The notes beneath the pieces were generated by a model. The model was not told the origin of the DNA. It was given only the letters and a program-made list of their open reading frames with translations, and ran no database searches. The position numbers and the translations under genes were made by a program. Positions 41,527-51,462 of a stretch of DNA of 64,000 nt are shown piece after piece. This DNA is from Dehalococcoidales bacterium (GTDB taxonomy: Bacteria; Chloroflexota; Dehalococcoidia; Dehalococcoidales; RBG-16-60-22): the NCBI GenBank assembly GCA_002688435.1, contig NZCW01000011.1, positions 25,447 to 89,446 on the forward strand, in the 5' to 3' direction. Numbering within the stretch: the stretch's first letter is position 1; each line of letters starts with the position of its first letter.

Positions 41527-42042
41527 CTAGACTACCACCTTACCTTTTATAAGAGTAAATAGGTCACGAGTAAATGATGCCAGGACCTGCAACCACAGCA
41601 AGAAAAAGCCTGTAGGCAGCACCCACTTAAACATCCACAGATATGGTTCAAATGGGGTCATCGTTCTTTCTTTCAGTTCCACAACGAAGAGAAGGTCGCC
41701 CCAACCTCCAATAATTAAAAGGGTAACCCATGGTAAGGCTAAGACCAAGGTAAGCACCAAATCCACCACCAGTCTCACCCAGGCCGGGAACAAAAGCTTC
41801 AGCACATCCACCTCCACATGCCCTTTCGCTTTGTGAGTCCACGCCGTTGCCACCACCATAGCGGTGCCACTGAGCATAAGGGCTACCTCATAAGCCCATA
41901 CGGTAGGCCGATCAAACACGTAGCGCATTACCACATCAAAGAACACTACTGCTGCCAGCACGAGTATGAGCAAGCTGACAGACTTGCCAGAGACCTCGCT
42001 CACAGACTCTATACCTCTGATGGCACTTTTCAGTATTTTCAT
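41527..42042 (-). CDS. dctQ: TRAP transporter small permease
   Basis: VVMRYVFDRPT.WAYE, GHVEVD; 4 TM. Confidence 0.92.
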   Translation of the reverse strand: MKILKSAIRGIESVSEVSGKSVSLLILVLAAVVFFDVVMRYVFDRPTVWAYEVALMLSGTAMVVATAWTHKAKGHVEVDVLKLLFPAWVRLVVDLVLTLVLALPWVTLLIIGGWGDLLFVVELKERTMTPFEPYLWMFKWVLPTGFFLLWLQVLASFTRDLFTLIKGKVVV

Positions 42043-42096
42043 GTTTGACGGCCTACCATACTGTACCGTATTTATGCTCCCTTATCGGTTCTACTA

Positions 42097-43272
42097 TTAA
42101 GGGAGGGATTGGGCAGCCGCAAGCTTCCCAGCGAATGCAGCGAAATCCCGCATTTCATTTAGTGCTTTAGCGTAGAATGCGTCCTCTAAAGCCCGCTCGT
42201 CTTGAATGTCAAACACGATATCACGTATCTTGATCAAGTCCTCTTCAGGTGTCGTGATAACCTCGGTCCCCCCCTCGAGCAGCTTTTTGAACCATTTGGC
42301 GTCTTCAAGCCCGTATATTGCTGAATAGTACGTGCTCATTTCTTTACCGGCTGCTTCCATTATGGCTTTCAGGTCATCCGGAAGCGCACTCCATGCATCC
42401 TTATTGACAATCGTGAACGCAACCGGACACGGGTCTTGCCAGCCAGGCAGCACAAGGTAATCAGCTACCTCGTGCAAGCCGATCGATGCGGCCAAAGCGA
42501 TAGAGCCATACTTCGCTCCATCTATTGCACCGGTCTGGAGGGCCGTATACAGGTCACCACCATCTACCTGGACCACTGATGCACCTAGCTCCTCGTAAAC
42601 CGCTGCCTGCATACCAATGACCCTGACTTTCTTCCCTTTCCTATCCTCTAAGTTACGGACTGGCTCAGTGAAAAAAATCTCCGGCGACATTGGCGAAAAC
42701 GACCATCCCAGAAGATGTACGTTCATCCCCAAGAGCTCATAATACTCCCGCATTATGTCGGCGCCGGGACCCGCTTCATAGTACAGATAAGCGACTGGAA
42801 GGGGCAACCCGAAAGGCGGGTTAACAATGATCTCGCCCGCTTTGTGTTTACCCAAGTCGTAGTAAGGAGTCCAGTAGCCCGACTCAATGGTTCCCTTGTG
42901 CACTGCATCTATTACCTCAACACCTTCAACTACCTCTCCGGAGCCAAAAGTCTCGATCTCAAGTCGGCCATTGGACATCTCTCCTACCCGATCAGCCATA
43001 TACTCGACGGTCCAACCCAGAGATGGATTTCCAGGCGGGTGGATTCCGTGCATCCGCCACTTGATAACCTTCGCTGGCTGTGCTGGAGCCGGAGCCGGAG
43101 ACGGAGCCGGAGTCGGTGCGGGTGCTGGTTTCGGTGCGGGTGCGGGTGCCGGTGCCGGTGCGGGTTTCGGTGCCGGTGCGGGTGCGGGTGCCGGTGCCGG
43201 TGCAGCACACGCAACTAGCAAAGCAATTGCTGCCATTAGTGGAACAACGATAAATAGAAACTTCTTTTTCAC
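42097..43272 (-). CDS. dctP: TRAP solute-binding lipoprotein with Pro/Ala linker
   Basis: Lipobox LLVAC; MSNGRL.IE, GKKVR, LQTGAIDG, W..LPDDLK. Confidence 0.93.
   Translation of the reverse strand: MKKKFLFIVVPLMAAIALLVACAAPAPAPAPAPAPKPAPAPAPAPAPKPAPAPTPAPSPAPAPAQPAKVIKWRMHGIHPPGNPSLGWTVEYMADRVGEMSNGRLEIETFGSGEVVEGVEVIDAVHKGTIESGYWTPYYDLGKHKAGEIIVNPPFGLPLPVAYLYYEAGPGADIMREYYELLGMNVHLLGWSFSPMSPEIFFTEPVRNLEDRKGKKVRVIGMQAAVYEELGASVVQVDGGDLYTALQTGAIDGAKYGSIALAASIGLHEVADYLVLPGWQDPCPVAFTIVNKDAWSALPDDLKAIMEAAGKEMSTYYSAIYGLEDAKWFKKLLEGGTEVITTPEEDLIKIRDIVFDIQDERALEDAFYAKALNEMRDFAAFAGKLAAAQSLP
43082..43204 (-). repeat. Coding 6-bp-unit tandem repeat, (AP)n linker
   Basis: gcaccg/gcaccc units encoding APAPAPAPAPAPKPAPAPAPAPAPKPAPAPTPAPSPAPAPA. 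Confidence 0.9.
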
Positions 43273-43518
43273 TTATTACCTCCTTGGTAATTCCTAATTG
43301 ATTCTTAATTCTACCTAAACATTTTTAAATTTGAAGCCATCACCTCCTCATTAAAGACTGTAAACTTGAAACATTCTCGTAAGATAATTACATCTGCCAT
43401 AAATGCGAAAATCTTATCCCCAAAGCTCAAGTACCGATCCAGTATAAAGATAAAAAACGTCTTTGTCAATAATTTCCTGAAGCGTTTGCTACACATTTAA
43501 AACACATTTGAAGAAGCA

Positions 43519-43555
43519 TTGACAATTGACAATTGTTCTACCTGAATATTATATT
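43519..43555 (+). promoter_or_regulatory. Probable promoter/operator of the gntR operon
   Basis: TTGACAATTGACAATTG tandem; second TTGACA-N18-TATATT; AT-rich divergent intergenic region. Confidence 0.5.
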
Positions 43556-43573
43556 AGGTGTAAGAGAACTAGT

Positions 43574-44248
43574 ATGAAAACTGTAAGACAAGACAGTATA
43601 CAATCTGGTACTATGGAGCGTTCTAGCGTCATTAACAAGCTTATCCTTTCCGAGCAAGTCTTCGAGATTTTACAGCAGTCTATCGTTAGCAGCGAACTAC
43701 GGCCTAACCAGCGACTGATTGAGTCGGAAATTGCTAGGAGATTGGAGATTAGTAGAACCCCTGTACGTGAAGCTCTTAGACGGCTGTTGTTGACAGGATA
43801 TACAAGCGCACTTCCAAGTGGTGGGCTGGTAGTTACCGACCATTCAAATATGCAGATACAAAGTTTACTGGAGTGCATGGCTGTGAAGTTGAGTTGTCGG
43901 CACATTACAGATCAGCAAATACGGAAAGCGGAAGAATACCATACTCACAGCATTGAGATGATGCACAGTCACGCCACTGACCAGCATGTTAAGTTGCACA
44001 GGGCCTTCCACGAAGCATTATACGCTGCTTGCGGAAACGAGCAGCTACTGTCGTTAATCCATGTAAATAGACGGCAATTTTTCGATCAGCGGTTAAACCA
44101 CATGTATACCTCTAGGGAACGGGAAGTCCAAATAAAGCAGCATGGTCAAGTACTGGAGACGGTACGCGAACGGAATGCGCGCCGAGCTGAGAGGACTTTA
44201 CGGCGGCACTTGGGAACCTCCCTGAAAATAGCATTACAACGGCTTTAG
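43574..44248 (+). CDS. GntR (FadR/FCD-type) transcriptional regulator
   Basis: L.PNQRL.E..IA..L.ISRTPVREAL; FH.ALY.ACGN; H.Q; start uncertain. Confidence 0.9.
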   Translation: MKTVRQDSIQSGTMERSSVINKLILSEQVFEILQQSIVSSELRPNQRLIESEIARRLEISRTPVREALRRLLLTGYTSALPSGGLVVTDHSNMQIQSLLECMAVKLSCRHITDQQIRKAEEYHTHSIEMMHSHATDQHVKLHRAFHEALYAACGNEQLLSLIHVNRRQFFDQRLNHMYTSREREVQIKQHGQVLETVRERNARRAERTLRRHLGTSLKIALQRL

Positions 44249-44291
44249 TTACTAATTATCATCTTCCCGCAAAAACAAAAAGGAGGCACTT

Positions 44292-45506
44292 ATGGAAACT
44301 GACAAGCTGTGGCTTCATAAGGGTGGTTGGTGGACGAGCGAAGTAAATTTTCTTGAGAAAACAAGGGAAGCTTTTTCTGTTCCCGATAAGGTCGTTATTC
44401 ATGACGCCACGCTTAGAGATGGGGAACAGACTGCAGGTGTGGTATTTAGAAAAGATGAGAAGCTAGCTCTAGCCAAAGCTCTAGATTCAATTGGTGTAGA
44501 CCGAATCGAAGCCGGAATGCCGGCCGTTACTGAAGAGGATAAAGAAGCTGTCAGAGAAATTGCTAAACTGAAGCTTAAGGCTAAAGTTATGGTGTTTTCC
44601 AGGGCATTACCTGCTGATATTGACAACGCAGTGGAGTGTGGCGTATGGGGAATCGTTTTGGAAGTTCCTATTGGTCTACCACGCTTGAGGTACCAGTTTA
44701 GCTGGAGCGTAGAGCAAGTTGTAGAAAAAAGCGTGCAAGCAATCAATTACGCAAAGGAAAAAGGCTTGTATGTCTCCTATTTTCCCTATGATACGACTCG
44801 TGCAGAGTTACCCGCTTTAAAAACCCTCTTGAAGGAAGTAACGAGGAAATCCAAGCCAGATTCTCTAGCTATTGTAGACACGACGGGATGTGCCCTGCCC
44901 GAGGGTATCAAGTTCCTGATTGGGGAGATTAAGAAAATCTCCAATCTGCCCGTAGAGATCCATACTCATAATGACCTCGGACTCTCAGTAGCTAACTCTT
45001 TAGCAGCGGTAGAGGCTGGAGCGGAAGTCGTTCATGTATGTGTTAACGGGCTTGGGGAGAGATGCGGCAATACGGCACTTGATGAAATGGTTGTTTGCCT
45101 CAAAACCCTATTAGGGATAAATATGGACAGAATCAGATACGATAAACTATACGAGCTCTCTCATCTTGCCGAAAAACTTTCCGGGGTTAAACTTGCGGGT
45201 AGCAAACCGCTGACAGGTAGTCTGGCCTTCAAACGGGAAAGCGGTTTGGGGATTGACATGATAAAGCAAGAACCGCTGATTGCTTTTGCTACCCATCCAG
45301 AACTAGTAGGCAGAAAATTTGAAACAGTACTTGGTAAAAAGAGCGGTCGGCCATCAATCAAACTGAAACTTGAGGAGCTTGGCATTCAGACAACTGACGA
45401 AAAAATATCCGAACTTCTTACCAAAGTCAAACTGATGGGAACAGAGAAGAAAGGCGTTGTTTCCGATGATGAATTTAAGGGTATTTTGAAAGATGTTCTG
45501 GATTAA
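44292..45506 (+). CDS. LeuA/homocitrate synthase-family (DRE-TIM) enzyme without regulatory domain
   Basis: DATLRDGEQ, HTHNDLG, NGLGERCGN, LGKKSG. Confidence 0.88.
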   Translation: METDKLWLHKGGWWTSEVNFLEKTREAFSVPDKVVIHDATLRDGEQTAGVVFRKDEKLALAKALDSIGVDRIEAGMPAVTEEDKEAVREIAKLKLKAKVMVFSRALPADIDNAVECGVWGIVLEVPIGLPRLRYQFSWSVEQVVEKSVQAINYAKEKGLYVSYFPYDTTRAELPALKTLLKEVTRKSKPDSLAIVDTTGCALPEGIKFLIGEIKKISNLPVEIHTHNDLGLSVANSLAAVEAGAEVVHVCVNGLGERCGNTALDEMVVCLKTLLGINMDRIRYDKLYELSHLAEKLSGVKLAGSKPLTGSLAFKRESGLGIDMIKQEPLIAFATHPELVGRKFETVLGKKSGRPSIKLKLEELGIQTTDEKISELLTKVKLMGTEKKGVVSDDEFKGILKDVLD

Positions 45507-45603
45507 AAACTTGCTGCAGAAAAAGTAGGCGAGCCACTAATGAGTGTGTGTTACCTGAAGAGTACGCTGACATGCACTTAATAAAGATAGTCAAAAGGGA
45601 AGA

Positions 45604-47208
45604 GTGATGGAAGAGGTATCTGAAAGAAAGAAGGAGTTTAGGACTACCGTTGATGGAATTGTAGTCAAGAACGTATACACGCCAGACGATTTAAAAGGAA
45701 ACGAACAAGACGTTAGCCTTCCTGGAGAATATCCATTTACAAGGCATATAAGGTCGAATGGCTACCGAAGTAGGTTATGGACCATGCGCCAGTATGCTGG
45801 ATTTGCGACCGTTCAAGAGACGAATGCGCGGTATAAATATCTGTATAAGCAAGGAAACACGGGCTTTAGTGTCGCGTTACACCTACCCACCCAAATTGGA
45901 TACGATTCTACCCATCCCATGTCGGCTGGGGAAGTAGGCAGATGCGGCGTTGCTATAGACTCTCTTCAAGACATGGAGGAACTTTGGGATGGCATCTCAT
46001 TAGCCGAGATAAGCACCTCACTAACTATTAACGCTACTGCCCCAATCATATTGGCCATGTATATTGCTGCAGCAGAAAACCAGGGTGCAAAGCAAAGCCA
46101 GCTTGCAGGTACGGTACAAAATGACGTGTTGAAGGAATATATCGCCAGAAACACATACATCTTTGACCCAGAAACATCAATACGGTTAACAACGGATGTT
46201 TGCCAGTACTGTGCCCAGAATTTGCCCAAGTGGAATTCAATAAGCATTTGTGGCTATCACATGCGTGATGCTGGTGCTACAGCAATTCAAGAAGCTGCTT
46301 TTGCCCTTGCCAACGGGATTACCTATGTACAAGCAATGAAAAATAGAGGAATGGCCGTAGATTCTTTTGCCCCACGGTTCACCTTTATTGTAGCTTGTAA
46401 TATCAATTTTCTTGAGGAAGTAGCTAAGCTTAGAGCGATGCGCCGGGCTTGGGCCAAAATAATGAAAGAAAGATTCGATGCTCAAGACCCAAGATCCATG
46501 ATGTTCCGCTTCCATGTCCAGAATGACGGGTTTACCTCAACCGCACAGCAACCGCTTAATAATATCATCAGGACCACAATATCTGCATTGGCCTGTGTTA
46601 TGGGTGGTTGTCAATCTCTGGCTACGACCTCCTATGACGAGGCGCTCGCCCTACCCAGTGAGGAGGCAGCACGAATAGCACTGAGAACTCAGCAGATTAT
46701 TGCCTATGAGAGCGGTGTCGCCGATGTTACCGACCCACTTGGAGGCTCGTACTTTATAGAGTGGTTGACCAATGAGATAGAGGATGGAATTAACAAGTAT
46801 ATCTCTACCATTGATGAGATGGGTGGCGCTATGGAAGCAGTGAAAAAAGGATACATACAAAGGGAAATTCAACGCTCAGCTTATGATTATCAAAAAGCGG
46901 TAGATTTTGGTGAGCAAGTAGTGGTTGGGATCAATAATTTTACTATCGAAGAAGACCTTAAAATCCAATTACATGAGATTGGTGAAAATGTGGAGGAAAA
47001 ACAAATAGAAAGACTAAAAAAATTGAAGCGAGGTCGTGATAATGAGAAAGTCGGTCACGCTTTGAATAAGGTTAGCCAAGTAGCAAGAAGTAATGATAAT
47101 ATTATGCCAGCATTGATTGAAGTAGTTAAAACTTACGCCACAGTTGGGGAAATAAGTGACGCGTTACGGGATGTGTTTGGCGAATATAGGGAACCAAGTA
47201 TAGCCTAA
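45604..47208 (+). CDS. mcmA: B12-dependent acyl-CoA mutase, substrate-binding subunit (methylmalonyl-CoA mutase family)
   Basis: [43 protein letters not shown]. Confidence 0.92.
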   Translation: MMEEVSERKKEFRTTVDGIVVKNVYTPDDLKGNEQDVSLPGEYPFTRHIRSNGYRSRLWTMRQYAGFATVQETNARYKYLYKQGNTGFSVALHLPTQIGYDSTHPMSAGEVGRCGVAIDSLQDMEELWDGISLAEISTSLTINATAPIILAMYIAAAENQGAKQSQLAGTVQNDVLKEYIARNTYIFDPETSIRLTTDVCQYCAQNLPKWNSISICGYHMRDAGATAIQEAAFALANGITYVQAMKNRGMAVDSFAPRFTFIVACNINFLEEVAKLRAMRRAWAKIMKERFDAQDPRSMMFRFHVQNDGFTSTAQQPLNNIIRTTISALACVMGGCQSLATTSYDEALALPSEEAARIALRTQQIIAYESGVADVTDPLGGSYFIEWLTNEIEDGINKYISTIDEMGGAMEAVKKGYIQREIQRSAYDYQKAVDFGEQVVVGINNFTIEEDLKIQLHEIGENVEEKQIERLKKLKRGRDNEKVGHALNKVSQVARSNDNIMPALIEVVKTYATVGEISDALRDVFGEYREPSIA

Positions 47209-47282
47209 TAGACTTGGAGGACAGAATTCCAGGCTCTCTACCGGTTGGTATTTACGGGGCGTTATATCTGGAGACATTAGGC

Positions 47283-47687
47283 ATGGCAAGTAAAAAGATA
47301 CGCGTCTTGATAGCAAAACCCGGTCTGGACGGGCATGACCGAGGGGTGAAAGTATTGGCCCAAGGATTGAGGGATGCCGGAATGGAAGTGATATATCTTG
47401 GGTTACGATTAACCCCAGAACAAATTGCGCAAGCAGTACTACAAGAAGATACTGACGTGGTGGGTTTAAGTAGTTTATCTGGAGCTCATATGAGCCTGTT
47501 TCCGAAGACGATTAAGATTATTAAAGAGATAAGTAGTAAACATTATTTGTTCATATGTGGTGGTATCATACCACAAAAAGATATTCCCAAGTTGAAAGAG
47601 TTCGGTATGGCTGCGGTATTCGGACCGGGTACAGCTATTGCGGAGATTAGTAAGTTTATCCAAGCAAGCGTTGTGGAGGCAAGATAA
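47283..47687 (+). CDS. mcmB: Acyl-CoA mutase cobalamin-binding subunit
   Basis: [27 protein letters not shown]. Confidence 0.93.
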   Translation: MASKKIRVLIAKPGLDGHDRGVKVLAQGLRDAGMEVIYLGLRLTPEQIAQAVLQEDTDVVGLSSLSGAHMSLFPKTIKIIKEISSKHYLFICGGIIPQKDIPKLKEFGMAAVFGPGTAIAEISKFIQASVVEAR

Positions 47688-47854
47688 AATGAGCTTTCTT
47701 TCTGGAATCAGAACCTAGGTGCACCACCAGCCGTAAACCAGTCGAGAAGATTCGCCATGACGTGGCTGGAATATCGGATATAGAGTGAAACGATTTTTGA
47801 TTGCTTCAATGTATGCTAACAACAGGGAGGTGAAATCAAATAGGTAGAGAGAAT

Positions 47855-49561
47855 TTGCAGGTATTAAACCCAAGAGGAAAGCTCCTTCAAAAAGTCACAC
47901 GAAAAGCCACTTCGCGTCGCCTTAATGATTTGAACGGAAAGAAGATAGGGATACTGAACAATACCTTCCCTGGAGGAGAGGTGCTTTGGCCTTATATTGA
48001 AGAGGCTCTGAAAAAGCGCATCCCGAATATCGAATTACGTAGCTGGATAGTTCCCCATAGATATCCTTCAGAGCGCAAAGAACCTCAAATAAGAGAACTT
48101 ACCGAATTTAGCGATGCAGTTATTGCGTCAATGGCAGGCTGAGGCTCCTGCTCCGCGAAAACTGCGCGTGACGCAGTTCGTATAGAGGAACTCGGCAAGC
48201 CGGTAGTGCTTATAACAACCAAGGGATTGGAAACCAACGCCAAGTTTAATGCCCGGGCCGCAGGGCTAGAAGAGCTAAAGCAGGTAGTTTTACCGATGGC
48301 GGCGGTACCATTAAAGACCGAAGTCGAGGAATTAAATCAACTTGGGAAACAAACCGCAGATGCCGTTATAGAAACATTTTGCCGTGAATCTGTGCCATCA
48401 GCCGGACCGAAGGAGGTTGATGAAGAAACCACAGAAAGGGTGTTGCAATTTAGCGGTGATAGCTACAGTACAGCTTTAGATAATATGGAGAAGTATTTCC
48501 TGCAACACCATTGGAGTGATGGATTTCCATTGGTACCACCGACTCAAGAAGCTGTGAGTAGGATGCTCGAAGGGACAGAACTCCCCCGCGATCACGTAGT
48601 GGGTTTGGTTGAGCCAGAAGGCGCAGCAGCAACTATAGAGAGTATTGCTATTAATGCAGTTATGGCAGGATGTCTTCCTCAATATATGCCAGTCTTGATA
48701 GCTGCCGTAGAGTGTGTCACAGATCCTAGGTTTGATCTGAGGGGAATCCAGGGCACATCGTGTTCGGTATCACCTCTTTTAGTAATCAGTGGTGGGGAGC
48801 TTATTGAACAATTAAACATCAATGATGGTTTTAGCGCCATCGGACCAGGATGGAAAGCTAACGCCACAATTGGTCGAGCTGTACAATTGATCATGTCTAA
48901 CATTGGGAATGTCTGGCCAGGAAGAAATGATATGACAACACTTGGGAGTCCCTTAAAATATGTTATGCTCCTAGCAGAGAACGAGAGTGCCTACGGGGGT
49001 GTTTGGGAACCTATTCGCGTCGCCGAGGGTTTCGACTACGCTCAACCTACGATTAGTGCAATGCCAGCAATTTCTTGGCAACCAGACCATATTCCTTCAG
49101 TGATAGCTACAGTTGATAAGACCCTTGAGTTAATAAGCTTGCAAGGGAAAGTCAAATATGACCGATTTGCTGCTAATTTCGGGCTGGACAATATGGTACT
49201 TTTAACCCCTACCGCCTTTGAGCCTATTCGTCTAGAAAGACGTTCGAGAGAGGATATCCAAAAGGCACTGTATGAGGCGATTCAGTTACCTTGCTCCGAG
49301 TTTTTTGAAGACAAGGAACCATCGACAGAAGCAGGGGTGCAAATACAGATACCTGAACGGATCGTGGAAAAATGCAAGGCAAATCCTCAAGCTTTTGCCC
49401 CGTTACTTTTTGGACCAGAAAGCCTGAAGATTATCGTCACTGGGGGTCCTGGGCCAGCTATGCTTGCTTACATAAGTACTTGGGGTTGGGGCCGCGCTTA
49501 TTTTGTGATGAAGCCTATAAGTCTACCCAAATACTGGAAAGGCTTATTAGAAAAATACTAG
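47855..49561 (+). CDS. UGSC-family selenoprotein fused to a large C-terminal domain (UGA 48140-48142 read through; joins ORFs 47855-48142 and 48206-49561)
   Basis: MAG-UGA-GSC, continuous frame through ..IEELGKPVV.. into WSDGFPLVPPT, A.NAVMAGC, ANATIGRA; SECIS-like hairpin after UGA. Confidence 0.88.
48155..48181 (+). promoter_or_regulatory. Bacterial SECIS-like hairpin
   Basis: AACTGCG-CGTGA-CGCAGTT perfect 7-bp stem, extendable past a bulge by GCG/CGT; loop starts 24 nt after UGA and contains GU. Confidence 0.75.
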
Positions 49562-49725
49562 GGTTGGGAGGTGCCAATCAGTGGCCGATAAGTGGTATAG
49601 ACTGGCCCCACGACGGACACCGCAAGTCTCTTTTTGCAGCATCTCTTGACTGCAGGAGAATGTTTGTCGGAGAGTACCGGGTGCCTATTCATAGGTGCTG
49701 ATTTATACCTCTTCGTAGGATAATT

Positions 49726-51462
49726 ATGCGTCGAGATTATACTACTATTGCTACTGATGTGCTCATTATTGGAGCTGGAGCAGCGGGTTTGAGAGCTGCT
49801 GTCGAAGCTGGTAGAAAAGGGGTTAAAGTAATAATACTGAACAAGGCCTCTTTCCCCAGTGGGTCATCAAATATATCGGGTGGAAATATGCAGGCCAGCT
49901 TCGGCTGGGTGGCGGGGGACACTAAGGAAAACCATTTCCGGGATACGGTTCTTTCCAGTAAATACCTCTGTGACCAGTCCCTAGTCGAGATTCTCGTTGA
50001 AGAAGCGGCACAAAGAATATTTGATTTAGAAGAATTCGGGGTCCTTTTTTCTCGGACAACTCCTGACCGCTACGCGCAAACCATGGGGGGAGGTTTCACG
50101 GTACCCAGAAGCGTTATGGTGGGCGGGAGATGTGACGATGTATTACGGGTCCTGTATAAGACGGCGACAGGGTACGGAGCTAGAATGTATGAGCAGGTCA
50201 TGGCAACTGATCTGCTTAGAAATCAGGATGGAGCCGTGATTGGTGCTACCGCTATTGACATCGTTACTGGGAATTTCATGTTCTTTAAAGCACGGTCTAC
50301 GATATTGGCCAATGGGCCTTGTGGCAGACTCTTCAAGATAACCGCAAATACCCGGAGTGCAACAGGCGACGGTTTTGCCATGGCTTATCGGTGTGGAGCG
50401 AAGCTGGTTAATATGGAATTCATGCTCTTTTTACCGCTGGGATTCATATACCCTGAATTCATGAAAGGTGTAGTATTGGGTGAATTATCGAGCTTTGGGG
50501 AAAATACAAAAGCCTTGAATGTGTTAGGCGAAAGGTTCATGCAAAAATACGCTCCCGAGACAATGGAAAAGTCGACAAGGGATATCTCCTCGAGGGCCAG
50601 TTACCTTGAAATTATGGAGGGTAGAGGTACACCATCGGGTGGGATAATCATTGATAATAGCATGAACAACCTTAAAGAAAGCGAGAATGGTCCCGTTCGG
50701 AACGTATCTTATTACCGGATAATTCGGGATTGCCTAGGTGGTGACACCGCAAATATGAAGGACCTCCTTGAGGCGACACCCACCGCACTGTATTGCCTAG
50801 GAGGTATCAAAATAAATAAACGCTGCGAAACATCTGTGCCCGGCCTCTACGCCGCGGGTGAGGCTGAGGCTAATCTACATGGCGCCAACAGATTGGCTGG
50901 GAACTCAGTTATCGAGACACAGGTTTTCGGCACCCGGGCTGGCTACTACGCGGCAGATTATGCCGCCGGTGTAACCACGCCCACGCCCGATCCGGTAGAG
51001 CTGATTAACCATGAGTATGAGCAGTCAAGAAGTGCTTTCGATGGCAGATCAGGTTTCAAGCCAATACAATTAAAAAAAGAAATTCAGGACATTATGTGGA
51101 ACAAGGTGGGTATCGTACGAAACGGCGAAGGGCTTATCGCCGCCATACGTGAATTGGAAGGAATCAGGCAAGATAAAATGCCTGCCCTATACCTTTCATC
51201 GGCGAGTAAGAGATACAACTATGAATGGGTGGAGGCGATGGAGGTGGATAACATGATTACCGTTACGGAAATAATGTCGAGGTGCGCATTGATGCGCCAG
51301 GAAAGCCGTGGTGCCCATTACCGAAGCGACTTTTCGGAAACTGACAACGCTAACGGGCTCTATGAGAGCATGACACTGAACCAAAACGGCACCGTACAGT
51401 TAAGTAAAGAACCGTTGAATACGTCGAAAATGATTCCGGAGGATGCAGGACCTGATGGTTAA
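49726..51462 (+). CDS. SdhA/FrdA-family flavoprotein with atypical active site
   Basis: GAGAAG, TGDG.AMAY, MEF, RD, GLYAAGE, HGANRLAGNS, RQESRGAHYRSDF. Confidence 0.88.
   Translation: MRRDYTTIATDVLIIGAGAAGLRAAVEAGRKGVKVIILNKASFPSGSSNISGGNMQASFGWVAGDTKENHFRDTVLSSKYLCDQSLVEILVEEAAQRIFDLEEFGVLFSRTTPDRYAQTMGGGFTVPRSVMVGGRCDDVLRVLYKTATGYGARMYEQVMATDLLRNQDGAVIGATAIDIVTGNFMFFKARSTILANGPCGRLFKITANTRSATGDGFAMAYRCGAKLVNMEFMLFLPLGFIYPEFMKGVVLGELSSFGENTKALNVLGERFMQKYAPETMEKSTRDISSRASYLEIMEGRGTPSGGIIIDNSMNNLKESENGPVRNVSYYRIIRDCLGGDTANMKDLLEATPTALYCLGGIKINKRCETSVPGLYAAGEAEANLHGANRLAGNSVIETQVFGTRAGYYAADYAAGVTTPTPDPVELINHEYEQSRSAFDGRSGFKPIQLKKEIQDIMWNKVGIVRNGEGLIAAIRELEGIRQDKMPALYLSSASKRYNYEWVEAMEVDNMITVTEIMSRCALMRQESRGAHYRSDFSETDNANGLYESMTLNQNGTVQLSKEPLNTSKMIPEDAGPDG

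Noticed and set aside
42887-43297. GA-repeat, HR-repeat and TR-repeat ORFs
   Set aside because: Alternative frames of the DctP Pro/Ala linker
49559-49591. In-frame TAG as pyrrolysine
   Set aside because: No pyl genes or methylamine methyltransferase in the window; better explained as a C>T nonsense change or the true stop
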